Assembly (NCBI GenBank): GCA_963674595.2
Contig: CAXXFV010000004.1
Location: forward strand, 32,001-96,000
Length of the DNA stretch: 64,000 nt
Direction: 5' to 3'
DNA from: a bacterium
GTDB lineage: Bacteria; Zhuqueibacterota; Zhuqueibacteria; Residuimicrobiales; Krinioviventaceae
Made by a program: the position numbers and the translations under genes. A model generated the notes under the pieces. That model saw only the letters and a list, made by a program, of their open reading frames with translations. It made no database searches and was not told the DNA's origin. Positions 45,639 through 54,647 of this stretch are shown one piece after another. Position 1 is the first letter of the stretch. Every line of letters begins with the position of its first letter.

Positions 45639-48053
45639 TTAATTCCATGGTACATCAAGACCGATAACTTTTGGTTCCTGCCGAATATAGTACAGATCAA
45701 ATTCCCACCAACTGTAACCATGACAGGGAAAATCAGAAAGAAAAACAGTCGCTTTATAGCCATTTTTTGACGAGGGTTGTGTTAAAATAAACGGTTTATA
45801 TGAACGGGACATTTTATCTACGATTATAACGGAAACCGGTTCATCCGGCAAAGGATTAAAAAACTCAAAGGACATATCTGCAATATGATCATAACGCAGG
45901 TGTTCCACTTTTAATTTGTCTTTGGAAATATGCAGCATATCCTGTCCGTCAACCCTGCCCCGCCAATGAAGCAGGTGGACCATTTCATTTTTTCGGTTTT
46001 GAAATAATTGTGCGTGTTTTTGCTGCTGATCAAGGATGATCTGTTTTATTTCATCTTCATCCGGCGCGTTCGCCAGCATTTGTTCTGCTTTATTAATATC
46101 TTCAACAGCCTGATCAACATTATTCAACAACTGGTTCATGCCGTCCAGCCGGTAAACACATCCGGGTGTATTTGAAAAATCACGCATGGAATTCATGAGC
46201 ACACTTGATGTTTTCAGCAAATGAATTCTATGGTCCAACGAAGGATCGTTTCTATAATCAAAATAAGCAAAAAAAGTTTTAATATAAAAAATATTTGTTT
46301 GAATGAGCATTTTTGTCAAATCAATTGACTGCTCCAACTCTATCGATTTTTCATTCTTTTGTAAAAGCGGCTTTATATTCTGAAACCGTTTTTGCATATC
46401 CCCGGCAATTTCCAGCCCATGGTCCAAATACATCAGTGTTTCCTGCTGCCAGGGCAGACAGCGAAGGTAGAGCCTATATAAAAACCCGATATGTTTTTTA
46501 CCGTTATCCAACCAGGGAAATCCTTTTGCCGGAAAAGTAGTCAGACGTAAATGCGGCAGAGAACTGAAATCCCCATACGCAGCGGGTTCGATATAAATTC
46601 CATATTTATAAGCATTCGGCGACAACTGATATAATTCGGCAATTTGATCGGCAGCCTCAGCGCCAAAGTGGATGGATGCAAAATCGCTTGCAATCTCTTT
46701 AATATCCGCATCATGTTCCCAGGACAGACGCCAGACAGTATAAGCCGTGACACCCCGCGTATTCCAGTCCGATGGGTCGGCCATGCCAAAATCGACACCT
46801 TTCAGCACATGGCTTTGCGGCATCATGATGCTTTTCAGACCGCATTGAAAATACAACCCGGGAAAACTGGAAAGGTATTCACGCCAGCCCGACTGTGATA
46901 GTCGAGAGTGGACAATAAAACGATCATATTATGCGGTGTTTGATTAAAAGTGGGATTATAAGGCTGGTGGAAAAATCGATCTGTGGTGCTGAGGTAGGGT
47001 GACAGATAAAGATTTTTAACAGGGATCTCATCCGTAAAAATATTTTTATAAACCTCGGCAACAGAGTGCTGTTCGTGATGGCTTGTGACCCAGGTTCGCT
47101 GAAAATAAATTTTATCAAACTCCCCAACCACCACATCATACATTTTTTTTACAAAAGTTCGATAACGTTTTTCCAGCCCCCAGTTGCAGTTTTCACCTTC
47201 ATGCATTACATCATAAGGTTTAAAAGCGCCGCCGATCCGGGTGGATTCACCGGTCCGCAAACGAATACCATCGATTTCCGGAAGGGCCTGAAAAAGTCGC
47301 CGGTATTTTGCCTGGACAGCGTCCCAAAAGGCAGGGTCTGCTGGTGAGAGCGTTGCATTAAATTCTTTAAAAAGAGAGGGGTGATAGGAAAACTCGTCTT
47401 CAAACACAAAAAATTTCAAATGCAGGCTGTGGGCATAATCGGCCAGTTCTTTGACTTTTAAACGGTTCTGCTCATTTTGTGTTGCCAATTCATCATCATT
47501 CCAGGGGACCAAATGATTAACAGAAGGACCGCCATAGACCCATGTTGCTCCATACCTCAGGGCCTGCCGGATTTCCTCTTTACTGTTTCCGCTAACAAAG
47601 CGAATATCCAGGTCTGGTATACGGACACTATTTATTTGAGGGATTGTTTTTGCAATTCGCAACCGGTCCCACACCCAATAAATGCCGTTGACGTTACCGA
47701 CAACTGTGGCGCCACAAATTAAAATGATTTTATCATCATTGTCCTTTAATGATATTATTTCAAATCCCTGAGGATTTGAAATGTCATTCAGAGCTAAATC
47801 ATATTTCTCAGCAAGAATTTTTACATGATCATCCCGGTCCGGGTGACCAATATAAATCCGGTTCCCCCTTTTTTACTTTATCCTTAATTTTGCATATAAT
47901 TTCATATTGTGAAGCACAATCGATTAAATCATTCAAGGCGATTTTAACAGCCTCGTCATCAATTGTTTTCCCTGGTAACAGGCTCCAATCCTCCGCACCA
48001 ACACATATTGAAGCAAAATAAAATAATATTAAAAAACAAACTGTTTTAAACAT
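45639..48053 (-). pseudogene. Single ~804-aa secreted putative glycoside hydrolase (GH67/GH20-like architecture) split by two 1-bp frameshifts; possibly assembly errors
   Basis: ORFs 47829-48053, 46835-47674 and 45639-46856 join seamlessly if one base is removed in the A6G5 run (47864-47874) and one added near 46857. The bridging frame reads RIYIGHPDR...NPQGFEII...ICGATVVGNVNGIYWVWDR. Confidence 0.75.
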
Positions 48054-48302
48054 AACAAATTCCCTCGGTTCCTCAGCTATTCTGTTATATGTTTAAAATA
48101 ATATTGCAGCCAACAGACGTCCATTATTTTATTGAGTGTATAATGCAAAAGATGATTATTTTTTACGTTATAAATAATTACCATACAATGAAATAAAAAT
48201 CCCCTTAACACAAAAAATACTCTTCAAATAATTATATGATTTCAGAACAAGAGAATCAAGAAGTTTTTGCCGATCTACAATATTTTACATATGAAATTGC
48301 TC

Positions 48303-48331
48303 TTGCATTTTCTCTGGTTAAACACTATATT
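48303..48331 (+). promoter_or_regulatory. Sigma70 promoter for the ubiA-dtd-maf operon
   Basis: TTGCAT-N17-TATATT, lying inside the nominal 5' extension of the ORF called at 48267. Confidence 0.5.
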
Positions 48332-48350
48332 AATCAGTAAATTGAAACAA

Positions 48351-49223
48351 TTGTTCAGTCTAAGGAGACACCCCATCCCCCGAATCAGCAAAAAATACCG
48401 GGGTTTTTTCATATTAGCACGTCCGGTAAATGTTTTTATTTCTTTTATTTCAATATTACTGGCCGCGTTTATCAGCGGCGGTCTGTCACACTATGTTGCT
48501 GTTTTAAGCGCCTGCCTGTCGGGTGCATTCATTACGGCAGCAGCCAATGCGATAAATGATTATTTTGATATAGAAATAGATAAAATAAACAAACCAAATC
48601 GGCCACTTCCTTCCGGTGCTGTCCAGCCGAAAGAAGCTGTTTATTTTACTATCATCTGTGCGATAATTGGTATATCGTTCAGCATGTTTATTAATTATAC
48701 CGCTCTGATAATTGCAACCGGATCAGCCGTTCTGTTATATTTTTACAGCTACAAGCTTAAAAGGACGGTTTTGTGGGGCAACCTGACCGTCAGCCTTGCA
48801 ACCGGTCTGGCGTTTATTTATGGCGGCATTGCCTCCGCAAGTCCCAAACACGCCATCATTCCGGCCATGTTTGCCTTTTTAATGCATTTGGGACGGGAAA
48901 TTATTAAAGACATGGAAGATGTGAACGGAGATCAATTAAACAAAGCACGGACCATGCCGGTTGTTTTTGGCTTGAAAAAATCAAAAATTACAGCAACATG
49001 CGTTTTTACGGTTTTATTTTTTGTCACATTTATACCATATATTTTTAATATCTATAAAATATGGTATTTTGTTGTTGTTATGGCCGGAGTAAACACGGTG
49101 ATCATCTTTACTGTTTTCTCAATGTGGAAAACATCAACCATGCACAATTTTCGCAAACTCTCCGCTTTTTTAAAAGCAGATATGCTGGTCGGTTTGCTGG
49201 CTATATATATGGGGCGTATTTAA
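48351..49223 (+). CDS. UbiA-family prenyltransferase, digeranylgeranylglyceryl-phosphate (DGGGP) synthase-like; start uncertain
   Basis: LARPVN, NAINDYFDIEIDKINKPNRPLPSG, YSYKLK, GNL, and second Asp-rich motif REIIKDMEDVNGD typical of the DGGGPS clade. Confidence 0.85.
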   Translation: MFSLRRHPIPRISKKYRGFFILARPVNVFISFISILLAAFISGGLSHYVAVLSACLSGAFITAAANAINDYFDIEIDKINKPNRPLPSGAVQPKEAVYFTIICAIIGISFSMFINYTALIIATGSAVLLYFYSYKLKRTVLWGNLTVSLATGLAFIYGGIASASPKHAIIPAMFAFLMHLGREIIKDMEDVNGDQLNKARTMPVVFGLKKSKITATCVFTVLFFVTFIPYIFNIYKIWYFVVVMAGVNTVIIFTVFSMWKTSTMHNFRKLSAFLKADMLVGLLAIYMGRI

Positions 49224-49245
49224 AAAAAGGAGTTATCAACATTAC

Positions 49246-49704
49246 ATGAGAGCACTCATTCAGCGCGTAACAAAAGCATCTGTCGAAAGCGATAATGTTT
49301 TACTGGAAAAAATAGACAAGGGGCTGGTTGTTTTATTGGGTGTCACTCAAACAGATACCGAACAGGACGCCGAATATCTGGCCCGCAAAATCGTTAATAT
49401 GCGAATTTTTCAGGATGAAAATGAAAAATTCAATCTTTCAGCTTTGGACACAGGCGCTGAAATTTTAGCCGTTTCCCAGTTTACTCTTTATGCAGACTGT
49501 CGGCGCGGCAGACGGCCGGGATTTTCCAATGCCGCCCCGCCGGATATTTCTAAACCCTTATATGAAAAATTTGTCCAATATTTACAGGCATACAACCTGA
49601 AAATTGCAGAAGGAGAATTTGGCGCCAAAATGCTGGTAACCATCAATAACGACGGACCGGTTACGATATTTCTGGACAGTAACGAAAAAGGAAATAATGA
49701 CTAA
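49246..49704 (+). CDS. dtd: D-aminoacyl-tRNA deacylase
   Basis: MRALIQRV, RIF.D, VSQFTL, GRRP, NDGPVT. Confidence 0.97.
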   Translation: MRALIQRVTKASVESDNVLLEKIDKGLVVLLGVTQTDTEQDAEYLARKIVNMRIFQDENEKFNLSALDTGAEILAVSQFTLYADCRRGRRPGFSNAAPPDISKPLYEKFVQYLQAYNLKIAEGEFGAKMLVTINNDGPVTIFLDSNEKGNND

Positions 49705-50305
49705 TTACTTGCAAAATTTTTATAATAATAAAATAATACTGGCCTCGCAATCACCTCGCCGGGCGTCGCTGTTATCGTTGATCGGTTTTGATTTTGTTGT
49801 TCAGCCAAGCGGTTTCGACGAATCCTTAATCACAGTGACCGATCCCGTGCAGCATGTATTACAACTTTCGGAAGCAAAGGCCAGATTTGTTGCCGATAAC
49901 ACAGACAAAGGTCTCGTCATTGGTGCAGATACGATTGTTGTGCTGGATAATACTATATTGGGAAAACCCGAAAACACCCGTGAAGCCGTATCCATGTTAA
50001 AACAGCTAAGTAATCGGACGCATCACGTATATACCGGCTTTTGTTTGATAGAAAAACCGGAAAATCGTTCTTTTACGGATTATGAAGTAACGGCTGTCCA
50101 TTTTCGCAAACTGGCTGATTGGGAAATTGAAGGATATGTCGGTACCCAAAATCCAATGGATAAGGCCGGTGCCTATGGTATTCAGGACCAAAGCGCTGTT
50201 TTTGCCGACCGTATTGAAGGATGTTTTTACAATGTTGTCGGTTTTCCATTAACAAAATTTTACACTACAATGATTAATTTTTTTAACAAGAATAAAAACA
50301 TATAA
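49697..50305 (+). CDS. maf: Maf-family nucleoside triphosphate pyrophosphatase
   Basis: ILASQSPRR, IGADTIV, LGKP, DKAGAYGIQ, NVVGFP. Confidence 0.95.
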   Translation: MTNYLQNFYNNKIILASQSPRRASLLSLIGFDFVVQPSGFDESLITVTDPVQHVLQLSEAKARFVADNTDKGLVIGADTIVVLDNTILGKPENTREAVSMLKQLSNRTHHVYTGFCLIEKPENRSFTDYEVTAVHFRKLADWEIEGYVGTQNPMDKAGAYGIQDQSAVFADRIEGCFYNVVGFPLTKFYTTMINFFNKNKNI

Positions 50306-50306
50306 T

Positions 50307-51077
50307 ATGACAAACGAAAATCCATACATTCAAATCGGTCAAAAATTATCCACACAACGGAGCGACAAAAAGATCACCGTCAGTGAACTGGCCCAAAAAT
50401 TAAAAATATCTGCTGATTATATTAAAAAAATTGAGCAGGGCGAATTTGATTTTTTACCGGATGTATATATCCGGGCTTTTTTAAAAACTTATGCCGAGCA
50501 TGTCGGTTTGAATCCGGACAGTATTATAAACGAATATAATGCGTTAAAAAAACCACCCCTGCCGGATGAAACAGAACCCAACAAATCCGATGTCAAAATT
50601 ATAAAACCAAAATCTGAATATTCAGTTAAACAGAACAGACCCAAATGGCTCTTTTATGCTTTGGGAACACTTTTAGCGGTAATTCTAATTTTTTCATTGA
50701 TGAATAAAAAGGACTCGGTACCGCAGCCACCTGTTAATATAACAATTGAAAAAGACAGCACACAGGTTGTTGATACTCCCGAAACACCGGAGAGACAACC
50801 AGAAAAAAATCCTGAACTTGTTTTGGAAATACTGGCAACAGATACGACCTGGCTGCAAATTACACATTATGACTCATTAGTTGACGAAGCTATTTTTTAT
50901 CCGGGAGATTATAAACGCTGGAAAAGTGACACACCCTTTACCTTGAAAATCGGTAACGCGGGAGGGGCAGAAATGACATTAAACGGCACAAAGCTGGGCA
51001 GTCCGGGTAAAAAGGGACAAATTAAAAAAGTAAAAATTTCAGAAAACGGTTTTACCGCAATAACAGCAAAAAATTAA
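50307..51077 (+). CDS. rodZ: RodZ-like protein (HTH_25, TM helix, DUF4115)
   Basis: N-terminal HTH with IEQGEF..LP..YIRAFLKTYA, one TM helix, and C-terminal IGNAGG..LNG. Confidence 0.85.
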   Translation: MTNENPYIQIGQKLSTQRSDKKITVSELAQKLKISADYIKKIEQGEFDFLPDVYIRAFLKTYAEHVGLNPDSIINEYNALKKPPLPDETEPNKSDVKIIKPKSEYSVKQNRPKWLFYALGTLLAVILIFSLMNKKDSVPQPPVNITIEKDSTQVVDTPETPERQPEKNPELVLEILATDTTWLQITHYDSLVDEAIFYPGDYKRWKSDTPFTLKIGNAGGAEMTLNGTKLGSPGKKGQIKKVKISENGFTAITAKN

Positions 51078-51090
51078 ATTTGAGAACTCT

Positions 51091-52494
51091 ATGTATATAA
51101 AAGACGTAAAAAATATTTATTTCCTGGCTATTTGCGGAACAGCAATGGCCTCGCTGGCAGCCATGATGAAACAAAAAGGTTATAACGTTTACGGATCCGA
51201 TAGCGGGATTTATCCGCCCATGAGCACCTTTCTTGAAGAACAGGGCATCAAAATCATTCAGGGATTCGATGTAAAAAACCTGTCACCCAAACCCGACCTG
51301 GTGGTTGTCGGCAATGCAATTTCCAGAGGCAATGTGGAAATTGAAAAGATACTGAACGATCACATTCCTTATATTTCACTGCCCGACGCCATACGAGAGT
51401 TTTTCATCAGAGGAAAACGTTCCATCGTCGTCACCGGTACACACGGTAAAACAACAACAACTTCTCTGTTGTCCTGTATTTTTCATTATGCGGACAAAAA
51501 GCCGGGATTTTTAATCGGCGGTATTCCGAACAATTTTTCACGCGGATTTCAGCTTGGCGACGGAAATGACTTTATCATTGAGGGCGATGAATACGATTCT
51601 GCCTTTTTTGACAAAGCCTCAAAATTTTTACGATACATGCCCGACATTGCTGTAATAAACGGAATTGAATTTGATCATGCGGATATATATGACTCGTTGG
51701 ACCAGATAAAACTTTCTTTTCAACGCATGATTAATCTCATCCCGCAAAACGGATGTTTAATTGTAAACAGTGAAAATGAAACCGCTGTGGAATTAAGTAA
51801 AAAAGCTTTTTGTTCCGTACAAACCTTTGGAATTTTGGCGAAAGCAGAGTGGATGGCCGCAGATATTCAATTCATAGAAAACGGAGTCACATTTTCAGTC
51901 ATCCATAATGATAAAGAGCTCGATACAGTTGAATTTACTCTTCGGGGAAACCATAATATCCGCAATGCCCTGGCAGCCATTGCTGTTTCACGTACTTGTG
52001 GAATAGATTGGCAAACCATTCGTGATGCTCTGAAACATTTTAAAGGTGTTAAACGTAGACTGGAACTAAAGGCAGAAAAAAACAATATAAAAATATATGA
52101 CGATTTTGGACACCATCCAACAGCTATTCAGGAAACCCTGTCGGCATTACGAAACCAGTACAAAGACAATACTATTTGGGCCCTATTCGAACCGAGGACA
52201 GCAACCACCAGACGAAATATTTTTCAAAATGAGCTTGTTCCAGCATTTAAAGATGCTGATAAAATTCTGGTGCCCCCGGTGGACCGGCCGGAAAAAGTCC
52301 CTGCCGGACAATTGTTTTCCTGTGAACAATTTGTCAAAGCTTTGAAAGAACAACAAAAATTTGCTCAATTGTTTAGCAGTGTGGATGAAATAGTGAATTT
52401 CTTAAAAACTAGTTTGCAAAAGGGAGATATTGTTGTTACATTTAGTAATGGACCCTTTGGGAACATTCATCAAAAATTGATCGATTTATTATAA
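51091..52494 (+). CDS. mpl: UDP-MurNAc:L-Ala-gamma-D-Glu-mDAP ligase (murein peptide ligase)
   Basis: ICGTAMASLA, YPPMST, GNAISRGN, GTHGKTTTT, EGDEYDSAFFDK, EFDHADIY, DDFGHHPTAI, EPR. Confidence 0.93.
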   Translation: MYIKDVKNIYFLAICGTAMASLAAMMKQKGYNVYGSDSGIYPPMSTFLEEQGIKIIQGFDVKNLSPKPDLVVVGNAISRGNVEIEKILNDHIPYISLPDAIREFFIRGKRSIVVTGTHGKTTTTSLLSCIFHYADKKPGFLIGGIPNNFSRGFQLGDGNDFIIEGDEYDSAFFDKASKFLRYMPDIAVINGIEFDHADIYDSLDQIKLSFQRMINLIPQNGCLIVNSENETAVELSKKAFCSVQTFGILAKAEWMAADIQFIENGVTFSVIHNDKELDTVEFTLRGNHNIRNALAAIAVSRTCGIDWQTIRDALKHFKGVKRRLELKAEKNNIKIYDDFGHHPTAIQETLSALRNQYKDNTIWALFEPRTATTRRNIFQNELVPAFKDADKILVPPVDRPEKVPAGQLFSCEQFVKALKEQQKFAQLFSSVDEIVNFLKTSLQKGDIVVTFSNGPFGNIHQKLIDLL

Positions 52495-52561
52495 TTATAT
52501 ATAAAAATGCAGTTAGGACGGGGGTTAAATATAAATGAAACAGACAATGAGGTTGAAGTAT

Positions 52562-53020
52562 ATGGAAAAAAGGAACTATCGTAATCAGGAATCGAATGGT
52601 AAAATTATTCGGCTGGCCAAAAAAATTAAAGCTGAATTGGAAAATTCTATCGAACCCATATCACTCTCAAAATTAAATGCTTTTGAACGAAAATTGATTC
52701 ACAGACATTTTGATCACAATCCAAATATCGTTACAAAAACTTACCGATTTGGTGAAGATTATGAATTACGGGTTTATCCTGTCGGTAATTTGCGTCAATA
52801 CGCACAAAAAAAAGCAGATGAAGCGCTTCAAACAGGAAAAAAAATCACGTTACCGCATATGAGTAATTATGAAAGATTTGTCGTGCATGACACCCTGAAA
52901 GCAATTGACTCTATTAAATCCAGTAGTTTTGGTGAAGGTGAAGAGCGGCACATTGAAATTGAACCGGAAATGTTTGGAAGAGGTCTTAAACGTATTATTA
53001 AAAAAATTAAATTGTTCTAG
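52562..53020 (+). CDS. Small protein with two tandem R3H nucleic-acid-binding domains (Jag/KhpB C-terminus-like)
   Basis: LNAFERKLIH...TKT and MSNYERFVVH...SSSFGEGEERHI, two RxxxH motifs. Start is 52562 or 52535. Confidence 0.8.
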   Translation: MEKRNYRNQESNGKIIRLAKKIKAELENSIEPISLSKLNAFERKLIHRHFDHNPNIVTKTYRFGEDYELRVYPVGNLRQYAQKKADEALQTGKKITLPHMSNYERFVVHDTLKAIDSIKSSSFGEGEERHIEIEPEMFGRGLKRIIKKIKLF

Positions 53021-54647
53021 TATCCACATAAACAGGATTTGTCAAACACAAATATTGCTGTAAATGATTGGAAGAAATTACCTGTATTCGCAAATATCCT
53101 CTTTCAGGTAGATCAAACAAATCAATTTCATATTGAAAAGTATAGGAACCCGGCGTATTGAGATCATTCAAATATGTACGGGTTTCTTTTTTGGTACGGC
53201 ATGAACCGGTGTACAGAACGACCTTATCAATTTTTCCAAATGCCGGTGTGGATAAAACATTAAGGACCAGCTTGCCCTGTTTTTGGGAAAAACAATCCCC
53301 TATTTCAAACACATTTTTGTTATCATCCAAAAGTTGAAATTCAGCAAAGGGTCCATCAGTAATAACGCACCGTCCCTTTTTTAAAGCTGAAATAATATTT
53401 TCCAGAGTAAAGCCATTTTTTACCAAAACAATGGTTTTGGCTTTACCAAACAGTTCAAATATCCCTTCTTTCATACTGGTAAAAGGCGTTTTTATCTGGC
53501 GAAACCTGCCAAAACTTCCGTGTGCATCATTACCGGCGTATATGGACAATCGATAACCGTCCAACAACAAGCGTGTCCACACCTTAATTCCCTTGCGAAA
53601 AGCCCGATCCTTTTCACTGTTCCAGATTTGCAGTCCATCCAGTCCGGGAACCGTGTAATCGTTATACTGCCATTTTCCGCGACGGATCAACAACCGTTGC
53701 AAAAACGGCGGTGTAATCTCCGGGTGAGCGGCAACAGCCATCGATTCTACCGATTTTTGACAAATTTCTGTAACAGACATATCCGGTTCTGTTTTCAGCC
53801 ATTTTTCCGCGCTGTCACCTTTGCCCGGATAAAATTGCTTATCCTTAATCACCAGCATGTGCACATTTTTATTTTGACAGTTTCCAACGGAAACTTCCTC
53901 ACCAGCCAATAAAAGAGGTTTTTTCTGTTCGCTGTTGATTTTCTGTACGGTTTCCTGTAAATAATTCCATTTAGGAAGAGAATCATCGTTTTGTAAATAA
54001 TCGTCCCATCTGTCATCCAGATCATAGGAATGGTCCGTTACGGCCACAAAATCAATTCCCATCGCGTCGGCCATTTTTGCGGTAACATGTAATGGGGCGC
54101 CGAATTCAACCTGGTCGGATGTTAAAAAACTGTGATAATGCAGATCACCATAATACCAGTTTTCCGATTTTGGAAGCGGATTTTCATCCACCAACACGGT
54201 AAAAGGTTCGTGCGACGTTTTGGCATAATTATCATTATGGCAGGTACGAATTTTTCCATTGATTTCATATTCCACAACAATATCAGCACGTACCGGCCCG
54301 GTTACATCAGGCAGACCGGCTTGAAACAAAAAATCAGCAAATTGTGTTTGTATTTTTTCCCCATTAAATATATGATTAAAAATAGTGTATTTTTTATCCT
54401 TAACATAGACATCAACATTCATTTTTTTTAATATGACCGGATATTTGTCCGCATCTTTAACAAACAGCAGTACCGGCAGTTTTTTACCCGGCTCCAACCG
54501 ATGCGGCACATCGGTTATAATTTCCGGTTCTTTTTTAAACAAACGGCTGAACACACCGGGAAACCGGTAATGAATTTCAGCATACAAGAAAAAAAGTATG
54601 GCCCCGAAAAACCCGTTTTCAAAGTCAAATAGCGTCATATTTTTCAT
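53007..54647 (-). CDS. PHP-domain metallohydrolase (CehA/McbA-like)
   Basis: GDLHYHS, AVTDH, GEEVS, VHML, AAHP, GNDAH. Confidence 0.85.
   Translation of the reverse strand: MKNMTLFDFENGFFGAILFFLYAEIHYRFPGVFSRLFKKEPEIITDVPHRLEPGKKLPVLLFVKDADKYPVILKKMNVDVYVKDKKYTIFNHIFNGEKIQTQFADFLFQAGLPDVTGPVRADIVVEYEINGKIRTCHNDNYAKTSHEPFTVLVDENPLPKSENWYYGDLHYHSFLTSDQVEFGAPLHVTAKMADAMGIDFVAVTDHSYDLDDRWDDYLQNDDSLPKWNYLQETVQKINSEQKKPLLLAGEEVSVGNCQNKNVHMLVIKDKQFYPGKGDSAEKWLKTEPDMSVTEICQKSVESMAVAAHPEITPPFLQRLLIRRGKWQYNDYTVPGLDGLQIWNSEKDRAFRKGIKVWTRLLLDGYRLSIYAGNDAHGSFGRFRQIKTPFTSMKEGIFELFGKAKTIVLVKNGFTLENIISALKKGRCVITDGPFAEFQLLDDNKNVFEIGDCFSQKQGKLVLNVLSTPAFGKIDKVVLYTGSCRTKKETRTYLNDLNTPGSYTFQYEIDLFDLPERGYLRIQVISSNHLQQYLCLTNPVYVDTRTI

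Noticed and set aside
47757-47782. 11-bp perfect inverted repeat ATTTCAAATCC-ctga-GGATTTGAAAT in an apparent intergenic gap
   Set aside because: The gap is coding sequence of the frameshifted gene (ISNPQGFEI) and there is no T tract, so it is probably incidental.
47864-47874. In-frame A_AAA_AAG slippery heptamer with a downstream hairpin, suggesting programmed -1 frameshifting
   Set aside because: The -1 frame reaches TAA within about 15 codons. The coding sequence continues in the +1 frame, so -1 frameshifting cannot produce the full protein.
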